A stretch of 64,000 bases of DNA from NCBI RefSeq assembly GCF_018350175.1, contig NC_058383.1:24802001-24866000 (forward strand), given 5' to 3'. The position numbers were made by a program, and so were the translations under genes. This DNA comes from Felis catus (lineage: Eukaryota). A model generated the notes under the pieces. It made no database searches and had not been told where the DNA came from. It was given only the letters and a program-made list of their open reading frames with translations. Below are positions 49,999 to 63,050 of this stretch, one piece after another; the first letter of the stretch is position 1, and every line of letters starts with the position of its first letter.

Positions 49999-50350
49999 CT
50001 TAGACTAAGGATACCACTTAGTGCACCTTGGGATAAATTCCCCACTGGGGCTCTGTGGGGTCCTCAGTGTTGCTGAGAAGATGAGCTGCTCAAATCTGAC
50101 CCTCTCTGACCCCTAACACCTTTGAGACTTCTCCAGCATGGGAAGAAGGCAGGAAGACTGGAAGGAGTAATCCTAATTCCCCTCTAGCCAAACCTAATTG
50201 GGCAATTCAGAGGTTTTGGTGGTTACTTGCAAGGTAAGGTATCCTGGGAAATTCCATAAAAATTTAGAACACCAAGGGGACTCTTCAGGGGCTCAGTCTG
50301 GGGTTGAAATGTTCCCAATATGCTAAACCTAAACTGCCCATTAAACATAC

Positions 50351-50474
50351 CACTTCTGTCTGTCCGTAGCCCTCATACAGTTCCAGTCCAGTTTGTGCCT
50401 TCCACTGTTCCAGCACCTCGGGGTTGAGTGGCTCCCCTCCTGTCAAGCAGTGCCGTAGCTTCTTGAATTTGTAT
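50351..50474 (-). CDS. ACSM4: ACSM4 exon (124 bp)
   Basis: [44 protein letters not shown] and YGQTE motifs. Confidence 0.96.
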
Positions 50475-51574
50475 CTGTAGACACAGATATAGGGTCTTTG
50501 ATGGGAGAAATCTGAGTGGCTTTCACTAAAACATTATTAGTATGTTCTAGCAACAAGCAAATGAGCTAGGAAAGACAAGTAGTAGGAAAGTTCAGTCAGC
50601 AAATATTTTTGAGCACCTACTATCTTGTCAGACATGGTTGTAGGTGTGTGGGGCATGTTAGTAATTCAAATAAAATTTCCTGACAGAGCTTGCATTTTAG
50701 CAGATCATTAAAGGAGGGGAGAAGGTAGGAGAAAATACCAATAATGATCTTAAGTGCTTATTATGGGCCAAGTGATAAAACAGCTAACATTAATTAAGAA
50801 CCTACTATGCTGTGAGGGCTTTAGGAGCATTCTCATAATCCTCACATCCTTATTATACAGATCAGGAACTTGAGGCTGAGAGAATATAAAGAGGTTGTTC
50901 GAGGCCTCACATAGAATAAAGGGCTGAATTGACTACCCTGCACTTACCATTTGTCAAGTATCTCACCAAGTAGGCCATTTCCCTGAATTCTCTCCACAAC
51001 CGCATGAGGCAGCCCTTAATCCTCTCTTGTGGATGGAGTTAAGGAGACTTAGTAAGGTCATCTGGAGTGTCTGAGGTCACACTATCAGTAAATAGTGGAG
51101 CCCTACTTGTTTGGCTTTGGAGCTTGGTCAGCTAACCACTGGCTTTACTACTCCACTGCCCACTTTCTCAAGTGAGGAAGTCTGGAATAGCCCAGCTCCG
51201 GTGCATTGAGGTGTCAAATGGGGAGGACAGGAGTTGTGCCTATTCAAAATAATCCTGGAAAGCCCTGAACTACTCTTGAAATGTGAGCAAGATGCTTACA
51301 TTCATATCTGCTTTATTTTGTTTCATAGCACTCTCCCTTCTGGGCATCCACACTTGAGGGTGCAGAGGGTGGGTGAGCCTATACTACTTAAATTATTTCT
51401 CTCTTCCTTTCTCTTTTTCTTCAGGTACTCAATTTGTTTTAGTTAAGTAAATATGCATTGCAAGTCCACTAGGTGTTCAGATTATTTGGATAAATTGATT
51501 ATAATCTTCAAGTCATAAGACTTCATTAGCTTCTCTTCAAGACAATATGAATGCAGCTCTATTTTGGGGAGGGA

Positions 51575-51836
51575 GGTTGGTTCTCAGACTTCAGGGTTCT
51601 GGTTGTCCTTGGGAAAATGTTCAGTTGCCCCTAGAGGCTATCCTTAGGGGCAACTGGGAAGTGATTAGGCAATATCTGAAGACAGTTTTGATGGTTGCGA
51701 GGGAGGTTCTACTGGCATCTAGTAGGTGGAAGCCAGGCAGAATGTTGCTCAACATCCTACAGTGCACAGGACAGTCCCCGACAACACAGAATTATTCAGT
51801 CCAAATGTCACTAGTGGCAAGATTGAGGAAACCTGG
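51575..51836. mobile_element. MER20-like hAT MITE
   Basis: ctactggcatctagtaggtgga...catcctacagtgcacaggacag...ccaaatgtcactagtg. Confidence 0.7.
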
Positions 51837-51914
51837 GCTATCCTGCGCTGAGAAGGGGTGATGCGGGACTATAGCTTTTGTTTGTGGTTCAAATGGAGAT
51901 TTCTGCCCAAGTAC

Positions 51915-51994
51915 CTCTTAAGGTCTTTTTGCACAAGCATCCGGTACACAGTGGGAGCGCTGCACAGGGTCGTGATGGGATAAGTGGTGAGCGT
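51915..51994 (-). CDS. ACSM4: ACSM4 exon (80 bp)
   Basis: TLTTYPITTLCSAPTVYRMLVQKDLK(R); ag/gt boundaries. Confidence 0.96.
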
Positions 51995-53838
51995 CTGGAT
52001 GATGGAGAAAGACAGTTTCAGAAGTGGTTCATTAGAGGCCACAACCAGAGCTGATGTCTGCAACCCCTCAACGTCTATCATTAGCATGTTTTCATCTCAT
52101 GATCACTACTAGGCATAAGAAAGCAAATATTTATTGTCACTAGTGACTGGATGTCTGTTGGAAACTTCCAATTATTGGGAAGAATACATATATGTTACAG
52201 TAATAGACACACACAATCAAATTCAACAAAAAGTAAATTGTCAAATTTGAGACCAACCCCAAAGTAGGAACTGGTTGATTCTACCTCAGGGGTGCAAATT
52301 ACCTTTCATGGTGGAATTTTGAAACCTCCTGCCCATATATTCCTGCACAGTACTCACCCTAGATGTGAGCTAACCTACCAAAACTTTCCCAATACTGTTT
52401 CTATAAAAGATACCAGTCCTTTCGAGTGGATTGATTAAATGCAGAAGTCATTTTCCAGGCCCAGATTTGCTGGGCTCATTTTCCCTCTAGCTCCTTAAAG
52501 AAAAATAATGACATAGGCAGGTTAAATCTAGAGAGATACTCATGTTTTAGATTTCCTGTTTCTAGAGAGGTTCGACTATGCCAAGTGATAAATTGACAGT
52601 TTGTATTAAACTTAAACATTTGAGAGAAGGCTTTCAAGATGTATTTCTAGTCTCTCTGGATCATGAAAAACTTTTGATCTGTAAGTGAACATCTCTACTA
52701 TGTGTAATTGCTCCCTGGATTCCAACTATTCTTAATAGGTGTAAGTGCTTATACCTAAGAATAGCGTAAAGTTTTTAGAGCACTTAAAATACACACATCT
52801 TTGTGTATTTGTGTGTATTTTAAAATACACACTATCTTTGTAAAATAAGAATAGTCTTATTTTAATCAACTTATTTAATATGTTAAATAATATAGATTAA
52901 TAATATAATAATACATTAATATTATTAACATATTACTAGCATTACTATGTCTTAATATAATGTTAAATAAATTGATTAAAATAAGTATATTATGTATCTT
53001 ACTTAAATACTATACAATATTTAATATTTTACTAAAATTGTTATTCTTATTTTTAAAAATGCAGGTTTCAGAACTGCAAACTTACTTTATCTACTTAGGA
53101 CACTTTATTAGCCTGATGGAGAGATCCTAGTTCTTATGCTACCCAGCATTTCTGTTAAGACCCTCAAGCCATCTCGTCAGACCAGTTAGCAAAATAACAG
53201 GGTGAGTATAGCTTTTATTCACACAGGTGTGGTGTTTGTTTAATAACATGTATTTTGTTAAGCATAACTGATTTTTCATGGGTGAAAAATAATTGGCCTG
53301 AATCACATCTTTCTAAAGGCTAAAGAAATGAGAGCAATCTGATACCTCAATCTAGCTGTCTCTGGCTGAAAAGGAGGGACATGCCTGATTTCAAGACAAA
53401 TATTGGGTTCTGAGAATTAATAAAGTGAGAAGCTCAGGGTGAGGGGAGAATGGAAGGAGCTGCTCTGGGAGAAAGGTGACCCCACCTTTTAGTCTTCTCT
53501 ACACAGGGTTTGGGATTTATCACCTATTGTTTTTGTTTCACTGAGTCAGAAACCAAAGATTTGTTTGGACTTGAGACTTCTAATCTGTTACTTAGAATCT
53601 CATGCTCAGTGGGACATTAGAAATCCTGAACAGTTTGAAGCACAAGAGTGGATTTTATGCCTGAGAGTGTTGTGGGTGTTTCCTCTCTGTTAAATACATT
53701 CAAAGGCCAAGTCCCTGGAGACTTCAGTTCTTAAAAAGGAATTATTTCCACAAGCCCAGGAAACTATATTCTGAAGAATCATTTCTCTGTAGTTTTAGAG
53801 GAGACAAGGGAGAGATGTAGCTAGAAGTCATGACTTAC

Positions 53839-53995
53839 ATCTAAGAAAGTGTCAGTGTCAAACTGGGCCATCCGATGTACAAAGACACACGCTCCCTGAA
53901 GCCAGGATGCAAACACACTGCCAATGGCAGCCTTGATCCAGCCAGTGTCAGACATGTTCCATATGATATCTGAGGACTTCAGGTCTAGCCAATAC
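53839..53995 (-). CDS. ACSM4: ACSM4 exon (157 bp)
   Basis: YWLDLKSSDIIWNMSDTGWIKAAIGSVFASWLQGACVFVHRMAQFDTDTFLD; donor gtaagt. Confidence 0.96.
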
Positions 53996-54023
53996 CTAAG
54001 TGATATGGAGAAGCAACAAGACC

Positions 54024-54146
54024 AAAAAAAAAAAAAAAAAACAAAACAAAACAAAAAACAAAAAACAAAACAAAACAAAGCTAAAGAAAGAAAGAAATCC
54101 CACAAAACAAAAAACAAAACAAAACAAAAACAGAAAAGCAAACAAA
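54024..54146. repeat. A-rich (AAAAC)n/poly-A tract, read as a T-rich tract upstream of an ACSM4 acceptor
   Basis: Direct reading. Confidence 0.92.
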
Positions 54147-54885
54147 CTGGTGTCTTTGAGAACTGGCCAGAACATCAGGGGCTACAGAGAAAGATCAAAA
54201 GAAGCCCGAAGGCAGGATGAGCTATTATTCTACCTCCCACTTTTGTTATTTTGTTAGAGAACTTCTTCAGAATCCTAGGTAATATGAAAATAGGGAGGCT
54301 GGGTTTGGCATGATATTCTAGGTTTGTTCATTGATGCAACAGATATTTATTGTATCAATATATGCTAGGCACTGTTCTGCCTAGCATAGTGAGATAGACT
54401 AGATATCTGCTCTTACTTCAGTAAGACAGATAGCTAACAAGCACACAATAAAATGAATGAGTATAGAACAGTATCATAATATCAAATAGTGATAAGTGCT
54501 CTGAGGAAAATAAAACAGGTAATGTGATAGCTTTAAGATATCTAGGAAGGCCTTTCTGGGTGGGTGAGCTTCTCTGGCAATGAGAAGGAGCCAGACATAG
54601 GGTTATCGAGATGTGGCCAAGGGTGATTCCTGTACATCACCCTGTGCTCATCACAAGTGCACTCCTTAATTCCCATCGCCTATTTAATGCAGAAGTTCTT
54701 GCTTGATCAGTTGGTGAGATGGTGCCATTTACTGAGCTAGGGTTGGGCAGGGGCATCAAGGGTTCTGTTTTGTAGACATTATATTGGAGAAATCCAATAA
54801 CCCTCCAAGTGGTGGTGTCAGCTCAGTTGGATACACATGTGGGCGGCTCAGGGGAGAATTTAACAAAAACAGTTTTCCTCCCTAC

Positions 54886-55029
54886 CTTCCACAAAGGGTG
54901 TACCCAATTCCAAGGCTGCTCTGAGAGTGCTGGGCCATCTTGGGAGCACCTGTGGTCCCACTGGTGAAATAAATGGCCATTGGTTCTTGACTTCCTGTTT
55001 CTACACAGCTGTGCTCTGCAGAGGCAGAT
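54886..55029 (-). CDS. ACSM4: ACSM4 exon (144 bp) with AMP-binding P-loop
   Basis: [47 protein letters not shown](R). Confidence 0.97.
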
Positions 55030-55087
55030 CTGTAAAATATGGATCCCAACATAGTGGCTGAAGATGGCAGACCAGTTTATCTCTCTC

Positions 55088-55679
55088 TATATATATTTGC
55101 ATATATATATATACATATTTATATATATATTATATTTATATTTATATAAATATAATATATATACTTATATATTTATATAAATATATAAATATATAAAAAT
55201 ATATAAAAATAATATAATATATATAAATAAAATATAATATATTTATATAAATAAATATATTATATTTACTTATATATATAAATATATTATATTTTATTTA
55301 TTTATATATTATATATTATATTTATTTATATAATTTATAAATTATATAATATATATAATATATAATTTATAATTTATAATTTATAATATATAATTTATAA
55401 TATATATAATATAACAATATAATATATATTATATATATTACATTATATATATTATATATATATTTTATATAATATATAATTTTATATATATTATATATAT
55501 AATTAATATATATATTATATATAATTATATATATAATTATATATATAAAATCATATATATATATTTTATAATTATATATATAATTATATATATATAATTT
55601 TATAATATATAATTTATAATTTATAATATATAATATAATTTATAAATATATTATATTTATTTATATAAATATATATATT

Positions 55680-55712
<33 letters not shown>
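55088..55712. repeat. ~625 bp almost pure AT low-complexity (TA)n tract
   Basis: Very few C/G; perfect (TA)n at the right end. Confidence 0.97.
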
Positions 55713-55714
<2 letters not shown>

Positions 55715-56089
55715 TCTTGATACCAGAGAACAGTTAATAGAACAAAACCTAATCCAAAGCCTTCTTGAGAGGAAATTATCAAGAAATCTTAAAGGGACTT
55801 TGTAGATAAGTACTAAGCTTTAACAACTCACTTGTCTGTTTTTTTAAGTGCCACCTTTGTATAGGTCACATAGATAACCAAGAGACTTTCAAAATCAATG
55901 GCAAAAGGATGTGTATTTAACCTTTTTCTCTCAGTGCTTCTTTTAATCTATGATTTTTTAAAAAATCAGTGAATCTTTGTGAATTTTTAACATTTCAAGA
56001 GTTTTTATGATTTAAAGGAAGATCTTTTGGCATTTGAATCAAACTTTTTAATACTTTATGTTCAGCATCTTCAATATCGCTGACAGACA

Positions 56090-56640
56090 CAGCTTCTTAC
56101 CATATAGCATCCCATTCTTCTTCCTTGCACTGATAAAACTCTGATTTTGTTCAGGTATCAGGCAGGGGAGACTGTTCCTTATATAGCTCTAGGGGGTGTC
56201 TTGATTATCCTAAGCCAATCATGCTAATTCTTGTACCAGAGACTGATTTAGGGATGGGTACATGTTGCAGTTATGGTCAATGAGATTTAAAGGCTTTATG
56301 GAAAACGTTTCCTTATTTTAAAGAGTCATGAGGAAGGGATGCTGCCTTTCCTCACCCCACCTATCTTGTTTTCTGGACTTCGGATATTGTTGTGAAAGTA
56401 CATTATGTCTGGGACAACCCTAGCCATGTTGGGATCACAGGAGAGATTAGCAGACACACTGAGGATGGCACGATGGAAAGATGAATGAATCTGGGTCCAT
56501 GCTAATTTCATCAAACTACTGAATAACCAACTCTCATTCGGCTCTATCTCTGTACTTCTTACTTGTCACATAATAAAATAGTTTGTGTTGTTTAAGCCAC
56601 TTATAGTTGGGTCTCCTATTACTAAAGCCAAGAGCATTCT
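56090..56640 (+). mobile_element. Old MaLR LTR (MLT1-type)
   Basis: aagccaatcatg..., aataaa...tgtttaagccactt..gttgggtctcctattact 3' signature. Confidence 0.65.
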
Positions 56641-56661
56641 ATGAATAGATAATAACAGTAT

Positions 56662-57375
56662 CTGTGTAAGGTTATCTGCACAGACAGCTCCAACATTTCC
56701 TTCCCACCCTGCACAAGAATGCCCTTCCCTCACTGAGGAGTGGAGCCTATGTCCTCTCTCCTTGAATCTGGGATGGCCTTATGACTAATTTTGATTGACA
56801 GAGTGTGGCAGAATTTCTTTGACTTCTCAGCCTAGGTCTTAAGAGGCTTGGTAGTTTTCACTTTCACTGGGGCGGGGGTGGGGGGATGCAGCCACCATAG
56901 GAAAACGTTCAGACCCTCCTGCTGGAGACAGAGGGCATGTATGGGACAAGTGAGGTGCTTCAGCCAATAGCTAACACCAGAGCCTCAGACTTGTGAGTGA
57001 ACCCCCTTGGGTCCTTGAGCTTCAGTCAAGCTGATATGGAGAAGGATAAGCTGCCTCTGCTGAGGCCTGCGTGAACTTTTTTTTTTTGTTTATTTATTTT
57101 TGAAAGAGAGAGAGACACAGAGTGTGAGAGAGGGAGGGGCAGGGACAGAGGGAGACACAGAATCTGAAGCAGACTCCAGGCTCTGAGCTGTCAGCAGAGA
57201 GCCTGATGTGGGGCTCAAACCCACAAACTGTGAAATCATGACCTGAGCCGAAGTTGGACGTTTAACCACCTGAGCCATTCAGGTGTCCCTGCGTGGACTT
57301 CTGACCTACAGAATCTTGAGAAAATAAAATGTTGCTTTATGCCACTAAATTTTGGGATATCTTGCTTCTCAGTGA
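56662..57375 (+). mobile_element. MLT1-type LTR interrupted by a CanSINE
   Basis: cttgaatctgggatggccttatgact...; gccactaaattttggg 3' signature. Confidence 0.65.
57077..57288 (-). mobile_element. CanSINE
   Basis: TSD ctgcgtgRactt. Confidence 0.93.
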
Positions 57376-58299
57376 ATTCAAAGTCCTTTTTCTTCTGATT
57401 TTTTGGGCACCTTTAAGGGACTCAATGGCACATTGCAGAGTTGGTTAGGGCAGGGACCTGTGAAGTAGGGGTGCTTGCCGTTAGGGGTATATAAGATACC
57501 CGAGATGGGGAAGAAACTAAGAGGACTTCAAATTATATGCATTCTTGTATTTATTATTTAAAGTATTTATTTTTGGTATTTGTATAATAACCAAAAACAC
57601 ATGTATATGATTTATAAATTAATATGCATGTTTTGTGGGAGTGTTAAAAATATTTTACTGACGGAGATGCATATTCAAATATTCTGGGTGCTATTACCTT
57701 AGGGAATCGCTACACTGCCGAATGACTTTATTAACTGAAAATAATATGAGTAATTATAATTACTATAATATTTGTGGAGTGATTACTATGTGCCAGGCTT
57801 TATACTAAACACTTCACATGCTTCATCACATTTAATTCTTTTACAACCCAGTGAAGTATATACTATCCTTATCCCCATTCTTTGGATAAGAGAGAGTTTC
57901 GGAGATGTTACTTGACTTATCCCAGGGTACACAGCTTATAAAAGACACAAACAGGATTCATTGGCATAGCCCTTGGGAGAGAATTTGGGGATTGACTAAT
58001 AACAGGAATTTGGTTTGCATTAATTAGTAGGATAAAATTTCATTTCAGCAAACACACACACACACACCACTGCCCTATTCATGTCTTCTTTCTTTAAGCT
58101 TCTCTGGAAGAATTTTTAAAAAATATTGTATTTAATAGCTCTTTGAAGGATAATACCATTAATTAACATTCTATTCTTTTTTTTTATAGTTGAGGAAGTA
58201 CTTTCTCACATATTAGTTTATTTTATCCCCAAAACAACACTTGAGATATGTGTAATTATCCCTGTTTTACATATGAGTAAAGCCAAGGTTCAGTGATCT

Positions 58300-58970
58300 G
58301 TTTTGTTCATTCATTCATTCAGCAAATATTTATTAAGTATCACCTGTATGGTAGGAACTGGAGATAGAGTGATCAACCAAGCAGATAAACAGTGCCCCTG
58401 TCTTCTTGGAGCTTACAGTTTAGGGCAGAGTTTGGCAAATATTTTCTATAAAGGGCCATACAGCAAATATCTTAGAATTTGTGGGCCATGTGGTCTCTGT
58501 TGCAACTACTCTACTCAGTTCTTATAAGATTTACAAAAACAGGTGCTGAGCCAGAATTGGCCCATGGGCCCTATTTTGCCAACCCCTATTGCAGAGGATA
58601 AAAACATAGCAGATAAGGGAAAAATGACTGGACACAATATTCCGATAGTAATGACTGCTATGAAGAAAACAGGATGATGTGATAGAGTGGTTTGGAATTC
58701 TGTAGATAGGGTGGTCAGAGACAATCTCACTGAGAATAAAACATTCAAGCTAAAATCTGACAGGAAGGAGTCAGCTGTGAAGAGGACGTTGGAAAAGCAT
58801 TCCAGGCAGAAGAAACAGCAGATACAAAGGCCCTAAAGTGGGGCATGTTTGAGGAATTAAAGGGTGGCCAGAGGGAATCAAGGCAGGGAGAGTAGTGGGA
58901 GAGGTGATCTAGGATTAGGCTAAGTCCAAGCCATGCAGTATACTCATAACAAGCCACAGTAGGAGGTAGG
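58300..58970. mobile_element. L2 3' fragment with nested MER58A-like MITE (~58423-58586)
   Basis: ttcattcattcattcagcaaatatttatt L2 tail; ttggcaaatattttctataaagggcc...ttgccaacccct MER58. Confidence 0.7.
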
Positions 58971-59032
58971 GAAACGGAGGCAGAGCTACATCTTTTCTTC
59001 TGTGCTTAAAAATATTTTATTAGGTGATTCTT

Positions 59033-59243
59033 TAAAAATTTTTTTTTAATGCTTATTATTTGAGAAAGAGACAGAGAGCAAGCAGGGGAGGGGCAGAGAG
59101 AGAGGGAGACACAGAATCGGAAGCAGGCGCCAGGCTCTGAGCTGCGAGCACAGAGCCCGACACAAGGCTCAGACTCACAGACTGAGAGATCATGACCTGA
59201 GCTGAAGTCAGCCGCCCAACCCACTGAGCCACCCAGGCACCCC
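59033..59243 (-). mobile_element. CanSINE
   Basis: TSD tattaggtgattcttt. Confidence 0.94.
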
Positions 59244-59381
59244 ATATTAGGTGATTCTTTTATGGGAAGGGGTCTGGATCGAGTGATAGTATTGCGAGTC
59301 CTTGAGGCAAGGAGACTCCGAGATACAGTTGTAATTGGTGTTATTGCTGGTACTGCAGTTGAGGCGGGGGAAAATACTCAC

Positions 59382-59589
59382 TGAAATAATTCCTGGAAGC
59401 TGAGCCACCCATTCTTGCTGTGTGGAGACACCAGGAGTTTGGTCTCTAAGTCAGGACACTCTGACATGATGGACTCCACTGCTGGGACCACCTCCTCACT
59501 GACCACAACACACTTGGCTTTGGATGCTCGCAGCCGATAGAGAATGTCTTTTGCTGTCAGCTGGGTTGTTCCTGGCATGAAGACCAGCC
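59382..59589 (-). CDS. ACSM4: ACSM4 exon (208 bp)
   Basis: (G)[68 protein letters not shown](Q); donor gtgagt. Confidence 0.96.
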
Positions 59590-59769
59590 CTGGGAAGGAG
59601 AGAGGGCCCTGAGCTGAGCAGAACTGTTGTCCATCAGGTAAGATTGTAGACTGTTGAAATAGGCTCTGTGCTTGGTAGAGAGGAGTTGTGGATTATAGCC
59701 TTTAGCTACCCCTGTCTTGGTCCCCAGGGACATCCTACAGGACCTTGGTCACTGGGAGATCATTAGAGC

Positions 59770-59900
59770 ACTGGCTTTAGATTCTGATAGTCCCTGGGTC
59801 TAATTCTGTCCTTGCAACTTACTAGCTTTGTGACCTTGAACATGTTACTTGATCTCTCTGTGCCTTCCTTTCCTTATCTGAAAAATGAGGGAAAATAGTA
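59770..59900. mobile_element. MIR
   Basis: cttactagctttgtgaccttg...ctctgtgccttcctttccttatctgaaaaatg core. Confidence 0.75.
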
Positions 59901-60038
59901 AGTGTCTGGCATATAGTAGGCATTATAATGGCATAACATTTTTGTGAAACATTTGCATCATTATTATATGATTCTTAAATAGCACTTTACAGCTCATAAC
60001 ATATTTTAATGAACATTATCTTAGTCAGTCCTCTGAAC

Positions 60039-60281
60039 CAGTGGTCTCCAAAGTGAGTTTTGCAGGGTAACCTACTGAGGATGAGAAGAAAAATTAGAAT
60101 TAACAAATTTTATTGTGATATTAGAATTCTTTGTTTTAATCTCATTTTTGTATATATTTTATAACATGCATGCTATATTAGTACAGAAGAACAGTATAAA
60201 TAATATATCCAGATGGGAGGATGTGTGTCCCAAATATTTTTATTGATAGTTTGTGCAATCAGAAGAGCCTGGAGACCACTG
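60039..60281. mobile_element. hAT MITE (MER112-like) with intact 12-bp TIRs
   Basis: cagtggtctcca at 60039-60050 and tggagaccactg at 60270-60281. Confidence 0.8.
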
Positions 60282-61722
60282 TTCTAAAAAGCCATGTAGG
60301 TCCATGCAGTTGTTGACATTTGATGGAATGTGAGATTGAGTCATAGCCAGTGAGGGGCAGAGTCAGCCCTCAAACCTGGGTCTTCTCAGTGGTCTGGAAT
60401 CATCAAAGTTTGTCTACACTCCTTTGGCACTCCTTTGGCAATGTTTAGTTTATCCCACCTCTTCACTTCCTTCTAAACACTGGCCTGAGATGGACCTGAT
60501 TTTAAAGTAGCACTTCCTTGTGAGAAGGACATATATAGGAGAATTAGATGAAAAGCAGAGGGAAGGTGGTTTGCACTTTCTAAAGTGAATCAGTGAAGGA
60601 AAACAGAGTGTATGTAAAGCATTACGAACAGCCACTGAGCACTTATTAGGCCTCCGCTATCTCACTTAAAACCAGTCCCAGTGTATAGACGACAACTAGC
60701 CCAAGAGTCACAGAGTCTGTAAGTGGCAACCAGGATTCAAAGATACATTTACTAGACTCACCAGACCTGTACTCTATAGCAGACTACTTATTTCTTGGTG
60801 AGTTTCCTGAAGTCAGCTAAATGGGAAGAAGTGGACTTGAATTCCTAGAAAGAGACTTTATTCATTGAATATATTTTAAAAGCTCTCATGTGTCATTCTC
60901 CTGTTGAGAAAATGAATGAATATATGACAATAAGGAAGTTAATCAAGGAGATACCTTACAGGACCTCAGATAGTGCACTCCATGTAAAAATTAAGATTAT
61001 TTATTTTGCAAATACTTGTTCTTAATGGCTCAGAAATTATTGGTACTCTTGGTAGATTTTTGACATGAATGTGTTCAGTGCATAGCACGGGAGTTAAGGA
61101 AACGTTCTCTTCTGGTGGATTTCAGAGTTTAGCATTATAGCAAAAGTGAAATATTTTGCCACATTAGGTGCAATACAAGTATCTCAATATTCACTCAGAA
61201 GATTTAATAATTCTGAATTAGAATTATGAATCAGAAATAATTCTGAATTAGAAAACAATCCTTAGGTGCTTGCTTAACACTTAATTAACTGAATGTTTTT
61301 GATAATTTGGCCTGGGGGTTTGTTTTTAATCTTGGCATTTCACAAATTGCTTAAATTATGTTAAATAATATTAAGTACATTTTTAATCACAAACCACTTT
61401 TAATCTCCTTCCAACATACAATTGGTTTCACATTTCCAAGTTCCTTTTTATACTAGATACAAAAAGTACTTTATATATTGCTTTTATAAAATTTAAATTG
61501 GTAATTAAGAGCATTTTCTAATACCATTGTGAAATCCTTATAATTATCTTTTTAATGATATCCCATCAAGTTTGAGGTATCATAATTTCAACTAGCAATA
61601 AACACTTCTATTAAACTTGATTTAATCATTTCTATGTAGTTGTTTCCAATTTTTTTCTCTTGTTAATGATATTGTAGCAAAGATCTTGTGTTCTCTATGT
61701 ATTATATCCTTTAATATTCTTA

Positions 61723-61919
61723 CTTTTTAAAAATGTTTATTGATTTATTTGGGGGTGGGGTGTGAGCAGGAAGAGGGGCAGAGGGAGAGACAGAATCTTA
61801 AGCAGGCTCTATACCCAGTGCAGAGCCTAACATGGGGCTTGATCTCACAACCATGAGATCTTGACCTGAGCTCAAATCAATAGTCAGATGTTCAATCGAC
61901 TGAGCCACCCAGGTGCCCC
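61723..61919 (-). mobile_element. CanSINE
   Basis: Reverse SINE structure. Confidence 0.88.
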
Positions 61920-61969
61920 AGTATTTTTATTTACCTTTAGTTGATTTATAGACATTGTGTCATGCTCTA

Positions 61970-62194
61970 CAGTAGGTATTGGAAACTTTTTCAGTAAAGC
62001 ACCAGGTAGTAAATATTTTAGGCTTTGTGGACCATCCCATCTCTGTCTCAATTAGCAATTCTGCTGTTGTAGAGCAAAAAGAGCTGTAGACAATATGCAG
62101 ATGAAGGAGCATGGCTGTATGCCGTTACAACTTTAAAGCTTTATCTACCAAAATAGATGGCCAACCTGTAGGCCATGGTTTTTGCCAACCTCTG
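61970..62194. mobile_element. MER58A-like hAT MITE
   Basis: tagtaaatattttaggctttgtgg...tttgccaacctctg. Confidence 0.75.
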
Positions 62195-62839
62195 TCCTAG
62201 AGTGGAAAAAAATATTCTAGAATTTTTATTTGGGGTAAAATATAAATTATTATTTTTATAGAAAATGTGTCATTGAATACATTAATCTTTTTGGCTGGAA
62301 CGAGGCAGAGGTTTTCCAACTGGGATCCGCAGTCATATTCTTATAAGTCCTTGTATTCTAAAATGCTTTTTCTTCCTTTAGTGTTTTCAAATCTGGGAGA
62401 ATCCAAATATATTCAAGAAAGTAAATTCAGGACTATCTGGCTAAATACATCATAACCAGCTCTGCGAAAAGGCATTAGTGTCCACATTTGCTTTGATAGA
62501 GTTTTTGTTTAAATCCCAATTGCGTAGCTTTCTAGCTGTGTACCTTTGGACAAGCTTCTTAAACTCTCTGAACCTCAGTTTCCTCTTTTGCAAAATGGGC
62601 ATCACAATAATACCCACCTCTTTTTTCTTTTCTTTCTTTCTTTCTTTTTTTTTTTTTTTTTAGCCACCTCTTAAAATAGTTGTTATTATTATTACATCAT
62701 GGTTCCTCTTCATCTTAACTCTTATTTCTCTGTTCTCTGTAAGCAGAGCTTCAGTTGGAACTAACAATTCAGAAAAACCTCAAATGTCAGTCTCTCTCTG
62801 TTTCTGCATGATTTAGAAATGTTAAATATTGGCACTGAC

Positions 62840-63050
62840 CTGTTCGCATACAAGCCACGTTTATAAGCCACCACTCTGGGATACGGGGCAGAATCACAGC
62901 CACTCGGTCTCCTCTCTTTAGGCCACAGGGCTTGATGAGCACGTTGGCAGCTTTTCGGGACAAGGAGCCCAGTTCTTCAAAGCTCCATTTCACCTCAGCC
63001 CCTTTGCCATTCACCCACCATAGGGCTGGGTTGGCTGGTCTCTCTCCTGT
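62840..63050 (-). CDS. ACSM4: ACSM4 second coding exon (211 bp); first coding exon lies beyond the window
   Basis: [70 protein letters not shown](G); same length as the paralogous ACSM3 exon. Confidence 0.95.

Noticed and set aside
53924..54257. Lys-rich ORFs, and similar ORFs at 32438 and 29479
   Set aside because: Translations of simple repeats
45082..63050. ACSM4 as a pseudogene
   Set aside because: No stop or frameshift in the 12 visible exons and splice sites are usable; the first exon is outside the window and cannot be assessed
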